Below, piece by piece: positions 17,401 to 29,300 of a stretch of 64,000 bases of DNA. Under the pieces are notes generated by a model. It saw only the letters and a list, made by a program, of their open reading frames with translations, was not told where the DNA came from and searched no databases. The position numbers were made by a program, and so were the translations under genes. Position 1 is the stretch's first letter. Every line of letters begins with the position of its first letter. This DNA comes from Botryllus schlosseri (Eukaryota): positions 27,652,001 to 27,716,000 of the forward strand of contig CM119378.1 of assembly GCA_051294905.1 (NCBI GenBank), given 5' to 3'.

Positions 17401-20400
17401 CTTCGTGACGGTGGTTCTCAGCTCTGTGAGACCGTGACCATGCGATCGAGAACGATCAGATGGATCCACCACTGCAGCGAAGGTGCACACGCCGCACTGT
17501 TTTCATCCATAACATCAAGGAGTTTGGTACGGTTTCCAGTCAACCAAGAGGCCACCTTCTTCATTGACAATAAACGAGCGTCAACAAACATGGGGTGCGC
17601 ACTTTCCATCTACTGGATCAAGTTGTGTTGCCGACTGAAGCATCAGCAGATCAGTCCCATCATCGTGTGAACGAAGTGATTGTGACAGAGGTGGCGGTAC
17701 ATGATTTCGCCGTCCCCTTTGCCTCACTCAAGCTGCCTTCCCGTCTTGTCTACGTGTCGCGCTGTGAAACTTATATATATAGGAGTACAAAGGCGGAGGG
17801 GCAAGGTCAGCAGAAACGTGAAGTGGATTGAGTGGAAGTAGTTTTAGCGTTTCGGTGACCCCCTCCCACACATAGCTGCTGTTTTTGTGTGTTTTTTATG
17901 AGTTTTCTGGTCGTTTACATCGCTCTGACTTGTTTATTTCACTGAAAAACTTGAAAAAACATCATCCAAATAAATCTTTATTTCTGGATGTTTTCAAATC
18001 TTATTTTTGGAGAATCTCCAAAAATAAAACCCAATATCCAAAAATAAACAGGCCTGGGTATAGCTGATCCACAATCTTCGTGGTTATCAATGAGTATCAT
18101 GTTTACTAAATTAACTCAGTTTGAAGTTACCCGAGCATGTTAGGACCAGAGACGGAGCCGAAGCAGGATTTTATCAATTTTCAACGTAGCCGGACTGGTT
18201 CCGGGTTTTAAATTTGCGTTAGCGTGTGGATTTTAGCCGGATTTTTCCGCTGACGCATGAAAAATTAGCATGATTTTAGCCGGATTTATTTGGATTCCGA
18301 ATTTTCAATATCCAGCTGGAGCTGAGTGAATAGATTCGGATTCCGAAATTTGGGATTGGCATCTCTGGTTAGGGCTGAAGTATAATCAATATAATATAAT
18401 ATAATCAAAATCCGCATGTCCAAAATGATGAAACATGCTGCAACATGCAACATTAGTTCAGTTGCTATGGTCCTATATAATAGATTCCATGCTCAATTAA
18501 TTCCAAACCTTCATATCCTTGCCCATTTCAACTTCCGTCGAATGCTTGTTGATCACGTTGATGAAGCCAAATCCATTTTTCTTCGTGATCTGCCTTGCGA
18601 CCCGAGCCATTGGGGCGAACACCTGTTTACAGAGAAGATATTCACAATATTCCTGTTCAGTTCCATTGAATTTATAACTCAATACTTTGTGCATGTGTAG
18701 CATATCAACAACTATATATTGATTCAAGGCGGACTTGGACAACTAAATAATCCGAGTTGTCTAATTCTACTAATTACTGCAAAATGCCGGTAATCTAATT
18801 CTTATCTAATTTGTAAAATGTTTCTATGCTCATTTTAATTCTCATCTAATTTCTCGTTCCACTGAAAATGCTACAGAACTATTATGAAAGAAACCAAGAC
18901 ATTTTGCTATTCTTGTGGCTAAGAGCATCAACTCTGATTTGATAGAAAGTAATCTTGATTACTGTTTTATTTATTTTTTTTCAATTCGGAATTGACTTCA
19001 ATTACCAAGTTTTGTGAATTCAGTGATTCTAATTCCAATGTAATTTGGAGAAACATTGTGAAGCAGCATTTCCAATCCTAATCTAATTGGAAAAAGATGA
19101 AAATATTATAGTTGCCCAGTTTTGATCTGCGGAGGCAATTACACATGAAAAATGTAAAATTTTTTCAGCTGTCACCTCAATTGCAGTTATCTGTTCAGCT
19201 CCAGCAGACGCAGCCATCATCGACAGTAATCCAGTACCAGTGCCGATATCCAAAACTTTGGCCTTTTTTCCTCTTTCATGCATTTCTTGCACGGCCAGCT
19301 TGATGGCTTTGTAATACATCTTATTCCTCTCAGTGTCATGCAGCATGTCGGCATACGAGGATCTTGCAATCTCTAAGTTAACAGAAGATGTTGAAATAAT
19401 GGTACTGTAATGATATTCTCATTCCATGCCATTCAATTATGTTGCATAAGTGGATAAATACACGTTGATATATACTTTATTATATACTTATATTTATGCC
19501 ACAATGAAGGCCTTGTATTCACGATATACTAGTTTTGTCACTCCAAACATGTTTATTCAAACATATAGAAGACAGATTCTGGGTAGATTTTTGAATTATC
19601 GGTCCTGATATACGAGACTTGGGTCAAGTCATACAGAATGTGTCAAGTCATATGACTTGGTCGAGCCACGCGAAATGACTCGAGTACAAGTCAAGTCAAC
19701 ACACGAATTGATTCGAGTCATCGAAAAATTGCAAATCGAGTCATTATAACCTTGGTACAAACTATGAATCTAAAGTTGACAGTCAACTAACTAGTGCTTT
19801 TTTTACTAGCTGTATGATGTATCTCAATTTCGTGATTGTTTTGTTTCTCAATTATGGCTCATTGTAATTGGACACTATTCGACCGTGACAGACATCGTGC
19901 TTCGCACGTACTCGCCTGGCTGCACGTTGCGTGCGGGAGCTAACGTTGTTTGCTTGTATTTCTTAATCCTTTTAGATCATAATGTGATTGGGGTTATTGC
20001 CTATTAGCATACAATAAAACTGTAATCACACTCATACTGTGTATTGCGTGGGATTTATTACTGTAGATGCTTTTTTTCAAAATTATTCAGTTGTGGGGGA
20101 GTCGAAACCTCTATCCATTTCAAACTTGAAAACCTGCCACTTTTCTTATAAAATTCCGATTTTTTCTCGGATATATTTCTTTGCCTATTTTCAGTTCAGC
20201 AATTTTAATTACAGGGTTAGTTGTGTTTTAGGTAGTCGGTTGCGATTGCGGATTTTCTGTATAGAATAATCAAGCAAATCAACAGAAAATCCTGCGTGAC
20301 GTTGCCACCAATTCCATTCCGGGTGAAAGGCATGTTTAGTCGAAAAATAAACTGCCAACCATGACTTTTAGGGTGTATTATAATGTGCCGATAACCAGCT

Positions 20401-20916
20401 TGAATTGTGAAATAACAGTTACCATTAGTTGCCCTATGTCTATGAACTAACTTTCTGCAACCTGGCAGTCGCCAGTCAGTATTCAATGAAGCTCCATTGC
20501 ATCGCTAGGCCTCTCATTTTAATATTGAAACAGACTGTCAAGACTCTGCCGGTACAATAAAAACAACGAAATCCATTGACAATGGCGAGTTGAAGTACGT
20601 GTATTTTACGACATTATGATCTTACTAATCCAATAATTCATTTGAGCATAAAATTGACCTGACGAACATGATGCTTGAAAAACCCAGATTTCAAGGACAA
20701 AAACCCAGAAAGTCAGATGATGCTCGAAAAACCCAGATCTGGGTGGAAAAACCCAGGAGTGGCATGTCTGATGGATAACACTCTTAATGTCGTGCGTATC
20801 GAAAATCCGAAATTTCCTTTACCTCTGCAATAGTCATAATCCGTTTCCTCCGCGAACCACTCCATGATCCCCGATAAGGGGTTTCGTCTCTGTACAAATT
20901 GCCTAGCAGCGCGCAT
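11484..20916 (-). CDS. PRMT7: Protein arginine N-methyltransferase 7; exons 20916-20823, 19372-19176, 18622-18509, 15682-15581, 14922-14599, 12701-11484 (682 aa)
   Basis: GT-AG junctions give one frame: [74 protein letters not shown] plus the second PRMT module, matching the PRMT7 architecture. Confidence 0.95.
15929..16707. mobile_element. Tc2/pogo-like MITE in PRMT7 intron 3
   Basis: TIR CCGTAATTTTCC/GGAAAATTACGG with flanking TA; internal repeats of GTACCCATGTATA..TACGCA; no ORF. Confidence 0.7.
16798..18056 (-). mobile_element. Non-autonomous hAT element with a decayed transposase-like internal fragment
   Basis: TIR CAGGCCTGTTTATTTTTGGAT/ATCCAAAAATAAACAGGCCTG; perfect 8-bp TSD GGTATAGC (16790-16797, 18057-18064); GC-rich core about 17060-17830 with broken minus-strand ORFs. 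Confidence 0.85.
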
Positions 20917-21546
20917 TCGTGTTTGAAGCTGGAGAGTTATTCGGCGGTGCGGTAACGTATTCAGAATCTTGCCTCGACAAAGCAAAACGCCAGATAGCAT
21001 ACGCGTATTAACGACCAGCACAACACACGTGCTTCGCTACCTTTGCTGTTGTGATTATGATGAGCGTTCGGCAATGGATTTGCTAGCTTCAAATTTGGAA
21101 AATTTTAACCCGGTAGCTGGCGCAATGCAGCTTACTTTCGACTGGAGTTTTCGGAAATTTTGAGAGTTGAACTATAGATAACTAACCTCCTGCGTCATGG
21201 CATTTGTCTTGTAGGGTTCAGATCGCCAGGATAGGAATATTCGGAGCCAGACATTTAGAGGTCTATGGACAATATAGTTTATATCGAAGTTCTCGGTCAG
21301 CATAAGGGCAGTCCTTGTCGGTCAAGGTCTCCTCGCTGCTGTTCCTTTTGGCACATTTCTCGGAGTCACATGTTACATGGCCTGTAACTTCATATGTCGT
21401 GCGTCGTGGCGCGGTAATGGCCTTTCCAAGATTTTATATAAAGAAGCCAACAACTCGATAGTTGACATATAAAAGGAAATTAACAACCAAAACGGGAGCA
21501 CAAATTGTATTATTTCATTAATCTAAATAAAGAGAAGTTTGAATAC

Positions 21547-24500
21547 TGTGGGGATTTGTCCCCTTCTCTCTCATATCTGTATATCACGTGACTTATATCT
21601 TTCTTCTCGCTACCACGCGACTTACCATTTATTAGCTCGTGCATTCAATTACAAACGAGACTCATATGCGATATCCTACTGTATATATTCCATGCATATT
21701 CGACCAATATATCTATCTGAGGCAATACTGTCGTTGCATTCACGTTGGAGTTGTCAGATCCAGGACTAACGCAGGGACGTGCGTCTACTACCCTGAGCTA
21801 AGTATATCTACCCAGCCACACGTTACGTGGGACTCAGGTTACAACTCTAGCAGGTTATCAGGCGCGTCTCCTCTTCTATATGGTGCACACTCGTGAGATG
21901 ATTTCAGCTTCAACGAAGGACGAATCGCCTCCTACACAATTTGACTTACAACTGCTATATGGAGCCATCCAGGACTTTTCCACCCTTACACGGTAAATCC
22001 GTTTATTTGACTTCGAATTTCGGGAATGCATTTTGCAGTGAGAATGATTTATCTCACTTGGCTTTATCGGCTAGCAGCAAATTTCCTCGTTATTGCTCGA
22101 TTCGTGCTTTCTACATAATTATATTAGTTGTTTGTGTTTCTGTATTCAATGCCATGACATTCAGAGAACCAGATTTGAGTGATACTCTGACACTGACAAG
22201 ACGTTATTCATTGGCTTCGTTTTCACATTACGGCCTTCATAACTATTATTTGAATCTTAGCGTTTTGCTTTCTAACGAAATTATCACATCCATTCCTCGT
22301 CGGGAATTACACTCTCGACCGCCCGATATAATTGCTTCTCTCTCCCGTGAAATCGAATAATTACTACCGATCCATTACTCACTAACTACTAATTACTCGT
22401 TAACGTTTATTTTGTACCATTACTACCGTATCTAGCCCGTCTACCAGTTGTTTGTTTTTGTTATCATTACGTCATACAGACAAAATATTTCTTACATTTC
22501 AAATTTGATTCACCCCATCATCACTAACGTTCGCTACTGATGAGAGTTAGTCGAAAAGCTTTTAGCGAATAAATTAACAATATGAATTTATTGTTTCGCG
22601 TTAACTTCACTTTGTCACGACTAGCCTACCGTGTAACTCGTTTAACATACCATTTGCTTACAATTGTTTAATTGCAACTCCATTTCGATTTTATTATAAA
22701 TTTTGCTGTTTTCCTACCCTCATATTACCGCGTAAATCACTACCAATCACCGCGGTTATTTACCAATCTATTTTTTGTTCGTTTGTTATATTCACGGCAT
22801 CTCCGTGGAACATAACTACCAAATTTCGGGATATTTCTTTAAACCTAATTCATACATTACTTTTTGTGATTTCATCTGTCATTCATGCGACATTGACTTC
22901 CGCGCGTATTTAAGCGCTACCCTTTTTTTAACTACCGTAATTACATACCGTCAATGTGAATTCGATAACAATATTGACGCGGCTTTTCAGCCGACTTTAA
23001 CATAACATCCCACCGTATTTAATATGATAATTCTGCGGCAATATCAGCTCTTTTTAACCGGCAATTTCGATCTCGGCTATGAACTATTAAGATATACCAG
23101 TAGCACTGGGAATTGGGATTTTATAATTAACTTTATTTTTCTAACTTCAATTCATCTTATCTAATTACGCGTCTTCGCATAGCCTCGCTTTGCTACAATT
23201 TCTCATAATGGTTATTTCATTTTAATCACATATTTGCATTACTTAAAACTCAGCCTTACGCTGGAATTTGTGGATACGGAATTAATTTCCCATTTTTTTT
23301 AAAAAACATTGACTTATTTACTTTCTTTATACTAGGTCTTTTACATAATCACTTACTTCTAATTACCCATACTTAAATAAGGCCTCTTTAACACGGTGAC
23401 AAATTGTCATTTTTCTTCGTAAATTGCGTCTTTACATACTTACCCTCGATAATGTCATCTGAACATACTCAGATTTTACAACCTAGTTACATGCGATTAA
23501 CGATACATTTATTTTACCCGCAATGCCATTTGGACGCAATATTATCTAAACATCCCGTGATATATTTTGGCCACGGACATTTCCCATTCATATATGCTAC
23601 TCCGACCTAGGAAATCAAGATTGGTTTCGGTGGTGTTGCGATCCAAGGCACGATTTCGACCCGGGAGTATCCGAGTCTTCTCAAAGCGTCGGCCACGGGA
23701 TTGCATACCCTGGCCCGGAACTTCCGCCCTGATCAAGCGGTTGGACGGGGTCAGTGTTGTAATTAAACTCGTGTGTCTACAGCGCTGAGACTCGCGATAT
23801 TACGGAATCTGAATGCTGACGTTCGCACCGCAATCTGAGTCATTTCTTCGATCTACCTAGGAAGTCCGTACTTACAAAAGCGTTACAGTCACTGTATATT
23901 ATATATATACTTTTAATGTGAGGCACGATTCTTACTTACGAAATTGTGCATTAACTGTCGCGACGTGTTTTAACGGCACACGTCAATTTATTTCCGGAAA
24001 CCTTTTTATATCTGGATAGCATATGGCGCGCAGATCCAGCGATATGTCTGGATTTGTGGTATACCATTCGGCGTACATATCGCTAGGGACTTTTCTTGAG
24101 ATGACTGCGTTTTCGCAGCACTAAATTCGTACATGCCATTAGGCTATACCTAACAATACACACATTTGTCATGACTTCGGCTATTGTAATTACATTCTCT
24201 TTATAATTTTTACACTATACTTTCACGACTTACTTTGTCATATAATTAAATGACGAATTCCCCGCGTTACGCTACGATTACATTCATCTTGACATGCTTT
24301 GATGCGAATATTCCATTTCTATATACTTTTGAGCCAATTAATACACCAGGCTAACCCGGCATAATTTCCATTCACTTCGAGATTACGTAATTTTTTATTA
24401 ATTTCTACTTGAAAGCTCAAATTACTCACCACAAGGCTTATATAAACGCCTTGCGTCACTCCGTCACATATGGAATCGATTCAATACTTAGCACTTACGC

Positions 24501-26339
24501 TTACATCATAGCGTAGCCCTACTCGGCTCATTTCATCCCCATCGGTGCAGATTTTCACCACTTCATATCCGGTTCGCTGACCTACAATGTGTTTATTGTA
24601 TTTACCTTCTTTTTCAATTTGTCATTAGGCTACTTTTATTTGCTATTATTATTTTCCTACTTTGTTAAATAGCCTTTTTGCTGCCGATATTGCATTGCAT
24701 TCTAGAATTCGTTGTCGTCTGCCAACGGGACTCGTGAACTGCCGAAATGCGCTCTACTATACGACATTCCTCCGCTCTCCGATTCCGCCACATATGTCAA
24801 TATTTCGGGACATACCAGTTCAACATTACTTTGGTAACACCACGTATTTATACGCATTTGTAAGTCGACTTCGATAGTCGTGAAGAATATTCGCAGAACA
24901 GGCGATATACGCGTTTTAACCTTGGCGGAGCAAACTAACTGGATCTAAATACAATCATTATTGAGCAATGAGCATTGACTGTTAATTCTTCCAGGCAGGT
25001 TCGCGGCCCACGGTGCATGGCTTAACTGTATATAAATAATTATTCGGTCTTCCGAAAGACTGATGGACTGTTCACTTTTCAAACGCGGCGAATTTCGTAA
25101 TCCCTATAGACGCGGTTATGATTCATGTTCTCTTATCTATCTCTCCCATGCGGACTTATTAGCATTTTAAAATTCATTCGTATAGGCTACCCATTAGCGA
25201 ATGCGTCAATACGACTGTTCTTGCCGAAAATATATACGGCTCGCATAATTTCGGGCCCCGGCCTCTGTGACTATTTCAATGGTCGTTAATCTTAATGGTT
25301 TGGGAAATCTCCCACAAATCTCGCCATTTTAAGCGGTTCGACTACCAGACCACCTTTTCAATAATTTTCTCCTTTCACCTCCATTGACTCATAAAAGCAG
25401 TCTCTGGTCGCTAGAAAACCCAGACATCAGTTTCCTACTCCCGTTACTTCCTATCTTCTAATACCACGTGTTTCAATTAATTTGAAAAGTAGTTTTGACT
25501 TTAATATGCTCCCAACCATACACTGGATTCCGCTTCTAGGATTTTGCCTTTACAAATAACATACACTCATTTTCGAGCTACCACCAACTCGTTCTAGCGT
25601 ATGACGCATTCGCGAGACCTAATGTCAATTCCTTTGTGTACATATTTTATTTTCTTCTTTCGTTCTTTTAATAAAACACAAAAATTGCCTCAGATGACCA
25701 ATTCGCCATTTTGACTATATTTAATCTAACCCTTAACGTGTTTTCGATACACTATCTCATATATGGTTTCATTCCTATCATGTTGTATAAATATTGCAAC
25801 ATCAGGCTACAATATCGCATTTTAAATTAACGTTATCGCCTTTCCACCAATACTTTATTCCCTGCATACTTAGGCCTTACCACCTTCAACCACACGCTAT
25901 TTGTTTATGTTCCAATGACTATGTTTCGTAATCGTACTGCTATTCACTTCATATAGTAAATGTCATTTTGTATTGTCGCTAATCACGCCTCCTTGGAAGG
26001 GGTGATGTGGGGATTTGTCCCCTTCTCTCTCATATCTGTATATCACGTGACTTATATCTTTCTTCTCGCTACCACGCGACTTACCATTTATTAGCTCGTG
26101 CATTCAATTACAAACGAGACTCATATGCGATATCCTACTGTATATATTCCATGCATATTCGACCAATATATCTATCTGAGGCAATACTGTCGTTGCATTC
26201 ACGTTGGAGTTGTCAGATCCAGGACTAACGCAGGGACGTGCGTCTACTACCCTGAGCTAAGTATATCTACCCAGCCACACGTTACGTGGGACTCAGGTTA
26301 CAACTCTAGCAGGTTATCAGGCGCGTCTCCTCTTCTACA
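21547..26339 (+). mobile_element. Young non-autonomous LTR retrotransposon (Gypsy-like ends, LARD-type, no gag/pol)
   Basis: 334-bp LTRs at 21547-21880 and 26006-26339 differ by one base (..CTATA vs ..CTACA). TSD ATAC (21543-21546, 26340-26343). PBS-like TGGTGCACACTCGTGAG directly after the 5' LTR; PPT GGAAGGGGTGA before the 3' LTR. The 4.1-kb interior has no ORF over 139 aa. Confidence 0.9.
22523..22569 (+). ncRNA. Type I minimal hammerhead ribozyme with pseudoknot, inside the LTR element
   Basis: ACTAAC-g-TTCGCTA-CTGATGA-G-a-GTTAGT-C-GAAA-AGC-TTT-TAGCGAA. Complete core CUGAUGA/GAAA/UH, 7-bp stem I, 6-bp loop-II pseudoknot, palindromic stem III AAGCUU. Predicted cut after U22562. Confidence 0.85.
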
Positions 26340-26396
26340 ATACTTCCAGCTACGCCTCATCGCATTTTGTCATCTGAATACAGTATCGTCGTTATT

Positions 26397-29300
26397 TGTA
26401 AATGACTGTCCCAATTCCGTTGTGCGCGAAAGCGTAAATAGGTCACTCTCGAACTGGGATATCTAAAATTATCCCTGCTCTCGAAACCACAAGCTGTGAC
26501 GACACAGTTAGTCTGCGGCGCACGTGTTCTCAGAGCCCGCATAAGAGGTCGGCGCGCTCGCGCTTCAGTCGTAAGATAGACAATTGGCTCCATTTCGCTC
26601 CATTTATTCTTTCTATTTCTTATCGAACCGCAGTATGATTTGAACCTGGTAAATCTACAAGTTTCTGACCACTAATTACTACTATTTGGCTGTTCTGTGC
26701 TAGTAAAGAAAGCTCCTTGGATCTGCGTGTGTGATCAGGATTGCAAGAGTATACTCAGAGCGGTCATTAGTCAGTGACTAGTGCGTACAACAGGAACTGT
26801 AAGCTGTAGCGTCGACTCCAATCAAGCACTATACCAGCGTGTCTTGCAACAAGCCGTTGCAGCGACCGCTACAGTCAGAAACTTTACCAGTCACAAAGTT
26901 GAAAGTCGGAGAAGTTGAAAGTAATGGAAGCTGCAGCAACGTCAGAGATAGCTGACTGCTCAGCCGTACAAAGTCAAACTGTGGCAACGTCAGAGAGTGC
27001 TGACTGCCCAGTTCCACCAAGTCCAGAGAATGTTGAAGATGAACGTGGAAGTGTCAAAAAAGAAATTGTGGACCAGAGCCCCGCGAAGAGCAAGTCAGTG
27101 GGTTCTGATGTTCCAACCAGTAGTGACAGCACTTTCCATGGATTCGATCAGAGATTGGTTAAACTTGAACGCCAGTTCCGTGAAACGAAAGGAGAAGTTG
27201 AAAGATGTTTTGATGCAACTGAGACTGCCATAGCGCTGTCCACAAATAAGGAGGAAGTGCGTGAAGAAATGAAAAAAGTTGTGTGCCATCGAAACGAATT
27301 GAAGGAAATTACTGGAAAGATTATTTCGAACTACGCCGAGAATACGGAAACAAAGGAATTCGCCAACAGCATGAGGTTGGTTGAAATGAAATTTGAAAAA
27401 GTCCGGCAAGCCGTTACGGATTTCGTGATGCTTCCATCCGAAAATGGATCCATCTGTAGCCGCGCGAGATCTGGAGCCGGCTCGAGATCGAGTCGTCATA
27501 CAGAAAACAGTCGCACCAGCCTCGCCAGCAACAAAGAATTACGCTATGAAAGCATAAGGGAAACAGCCGCTTTGGAAGCAAAGCTGGAATTTTTGAAGCA
27601 AGAAGCTGAAATAAAAAGAAAGTTAGTTGAAGATGAAGCAAAGTTGTCGCAATTGGCCCTGAAGAGTCAAATTGCTGAAAAACGAGCCGTGATCAAGGCT
27701 TGTGAGCAAATTGAAAGGGAAGAAAACCCCTTTGGTTTTGATGACGATGAAGATGTCGTACGTGAAGAACCAAGTTATACAGACATACGGTGTAAGGTTC
27801 CCGTATTGAATTCGGAAGAGAAGGTACAAAACTTTGTTATTAGTAACCCTCGTGTGTATCCTGAAGTAAAGCAATGTAATGTCAAATCTAGTGAACCCGT
27901 ACCCTACGGCCCAGTTATTGATAAAACTCCTGCGCAAACGAACAATGTCCGACATGTTGAACCGGAAAAAGCCGGCCGAAACACGTTTGTAAAGATGCCC
28001 GTCAATAATTCTATCGATATGCCAATTGATCGTCAATACAACATGAAACCGTTGACGCGAATACCTGATATAAAAGTTTGGGTTTTTGATGGCGATGAAA
28101 CTAATTATATGGAATGGGAAAATTCGTTTAAAGCGTTAGTTGAAGATAGAGTGTATTGTGTTCATGAAAAGATGAATTTGTTGAAACAACATCTTGGTCC
28201 GGGCCCACTGAAAGTTGTGAAATGTTATTTTCTGCGTGGTTCTGAGGAATCCTATCGAAAAGCAATAAGTGACTTGCGAAGTAGGTATGGAAGCCCTGTC
28301 GTTGTTGGGCTGGCCTTCCTAGATAAATTGAAAGGTTGGCGTCATATAAAGGAAAATGATAGACTTGGGCTGCAAGAATTCTCTGATTTCTTGGAGCAAG
28401 TTTTTGTAAACAGAAGGTTTGTACCAGAGTTAGGCATTCTTGATTACTCGTCAAGTCATATGTATGTGGTGAAGAAGCTACCTCCGTCACTGGTCGAGAA
28501 GTGGCGCGTTAAAGTGTTTCAATACAAAGTGGAGACCAATGATCAAAATTGCTACCCACCCTTTGAGTATTTCGTGTCATTTGTAAGAGATCAGTCAGAG
28601 CTTCAAAATATGCCAGAATTCAGAATGTTGAACGAAAACTGGAATAGTAATATCACGGAATCTGCTCAAAAGTATGGCCGTGATAGGCCATGTGTTTCAT
28701 TTGGAACTAATGTTATGTCAGGCGAATATAATTGCATGTTTTGTGGAAAAAATGACCACCATATCCCAGATTGTGTGGATTTTGAGAATTTACCGTATCC
28801 TGAACGAATATCGTTTATGCGTGACAAGTTTTTATGTTACGGATGTGGGGAAAGATGTACTAGAACGCACCATGGTAAAAATTGTCCAAAACGCGTAGTT
28901 TGTGTGAAATGTGAAAAGTTACATTTAACTAGCCTGCATCCGTGCTCTGCTCCCGCTGTTTCGAATAGTATTGAAGTGTCCGAGTATAAGACTGTGGGTG
29001 ATTGATGTTGTATAATTGGTGCTTTGGTCTCAGATTATCCTTGTCTGTTTTGTATTATTGCTGTATAATGTATGTGATTAGCATTTGTTTGTGTTTGTTA
29101 CCTGTTGCCTGTTAGGGTCTATTCTCTCCCTTTGTGTTCGATGTAATGTTTGTAAAAGTCCGTACCCGACGTGGAGCCACATTGTTTACGAAAATAGTTG
29201 TTAAGACATTTTGTGTTGCACAAAAATGTCCTTAAGTGGGGAGTGTAAATGACTGTCCCAATTCCGTTGTGCGCGAAAGCGTAAATAGGTCACTCTCGAA

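Noticed and set aside
23780-23850. Resemblance to a group I/lariat-capping ribozyme P7 (GAGACTC/GAGTC) or hairpin-ribozyme loop B (ATATTAC)
   Set aside because: The flanking conserved pairs, P4-P6 order and the AGAAACA strand are absent.
22570-26005. Decayed antisense env/pol ORF or antisense spliced gene in the LTR interior (purine-rich minus strand, several GTAAGT)
   Set aside because: Frames I translated have stops every 5-20 codons and no recognisable motif; I cannot distinguish this from AT-rich non-coding DNA by eye.
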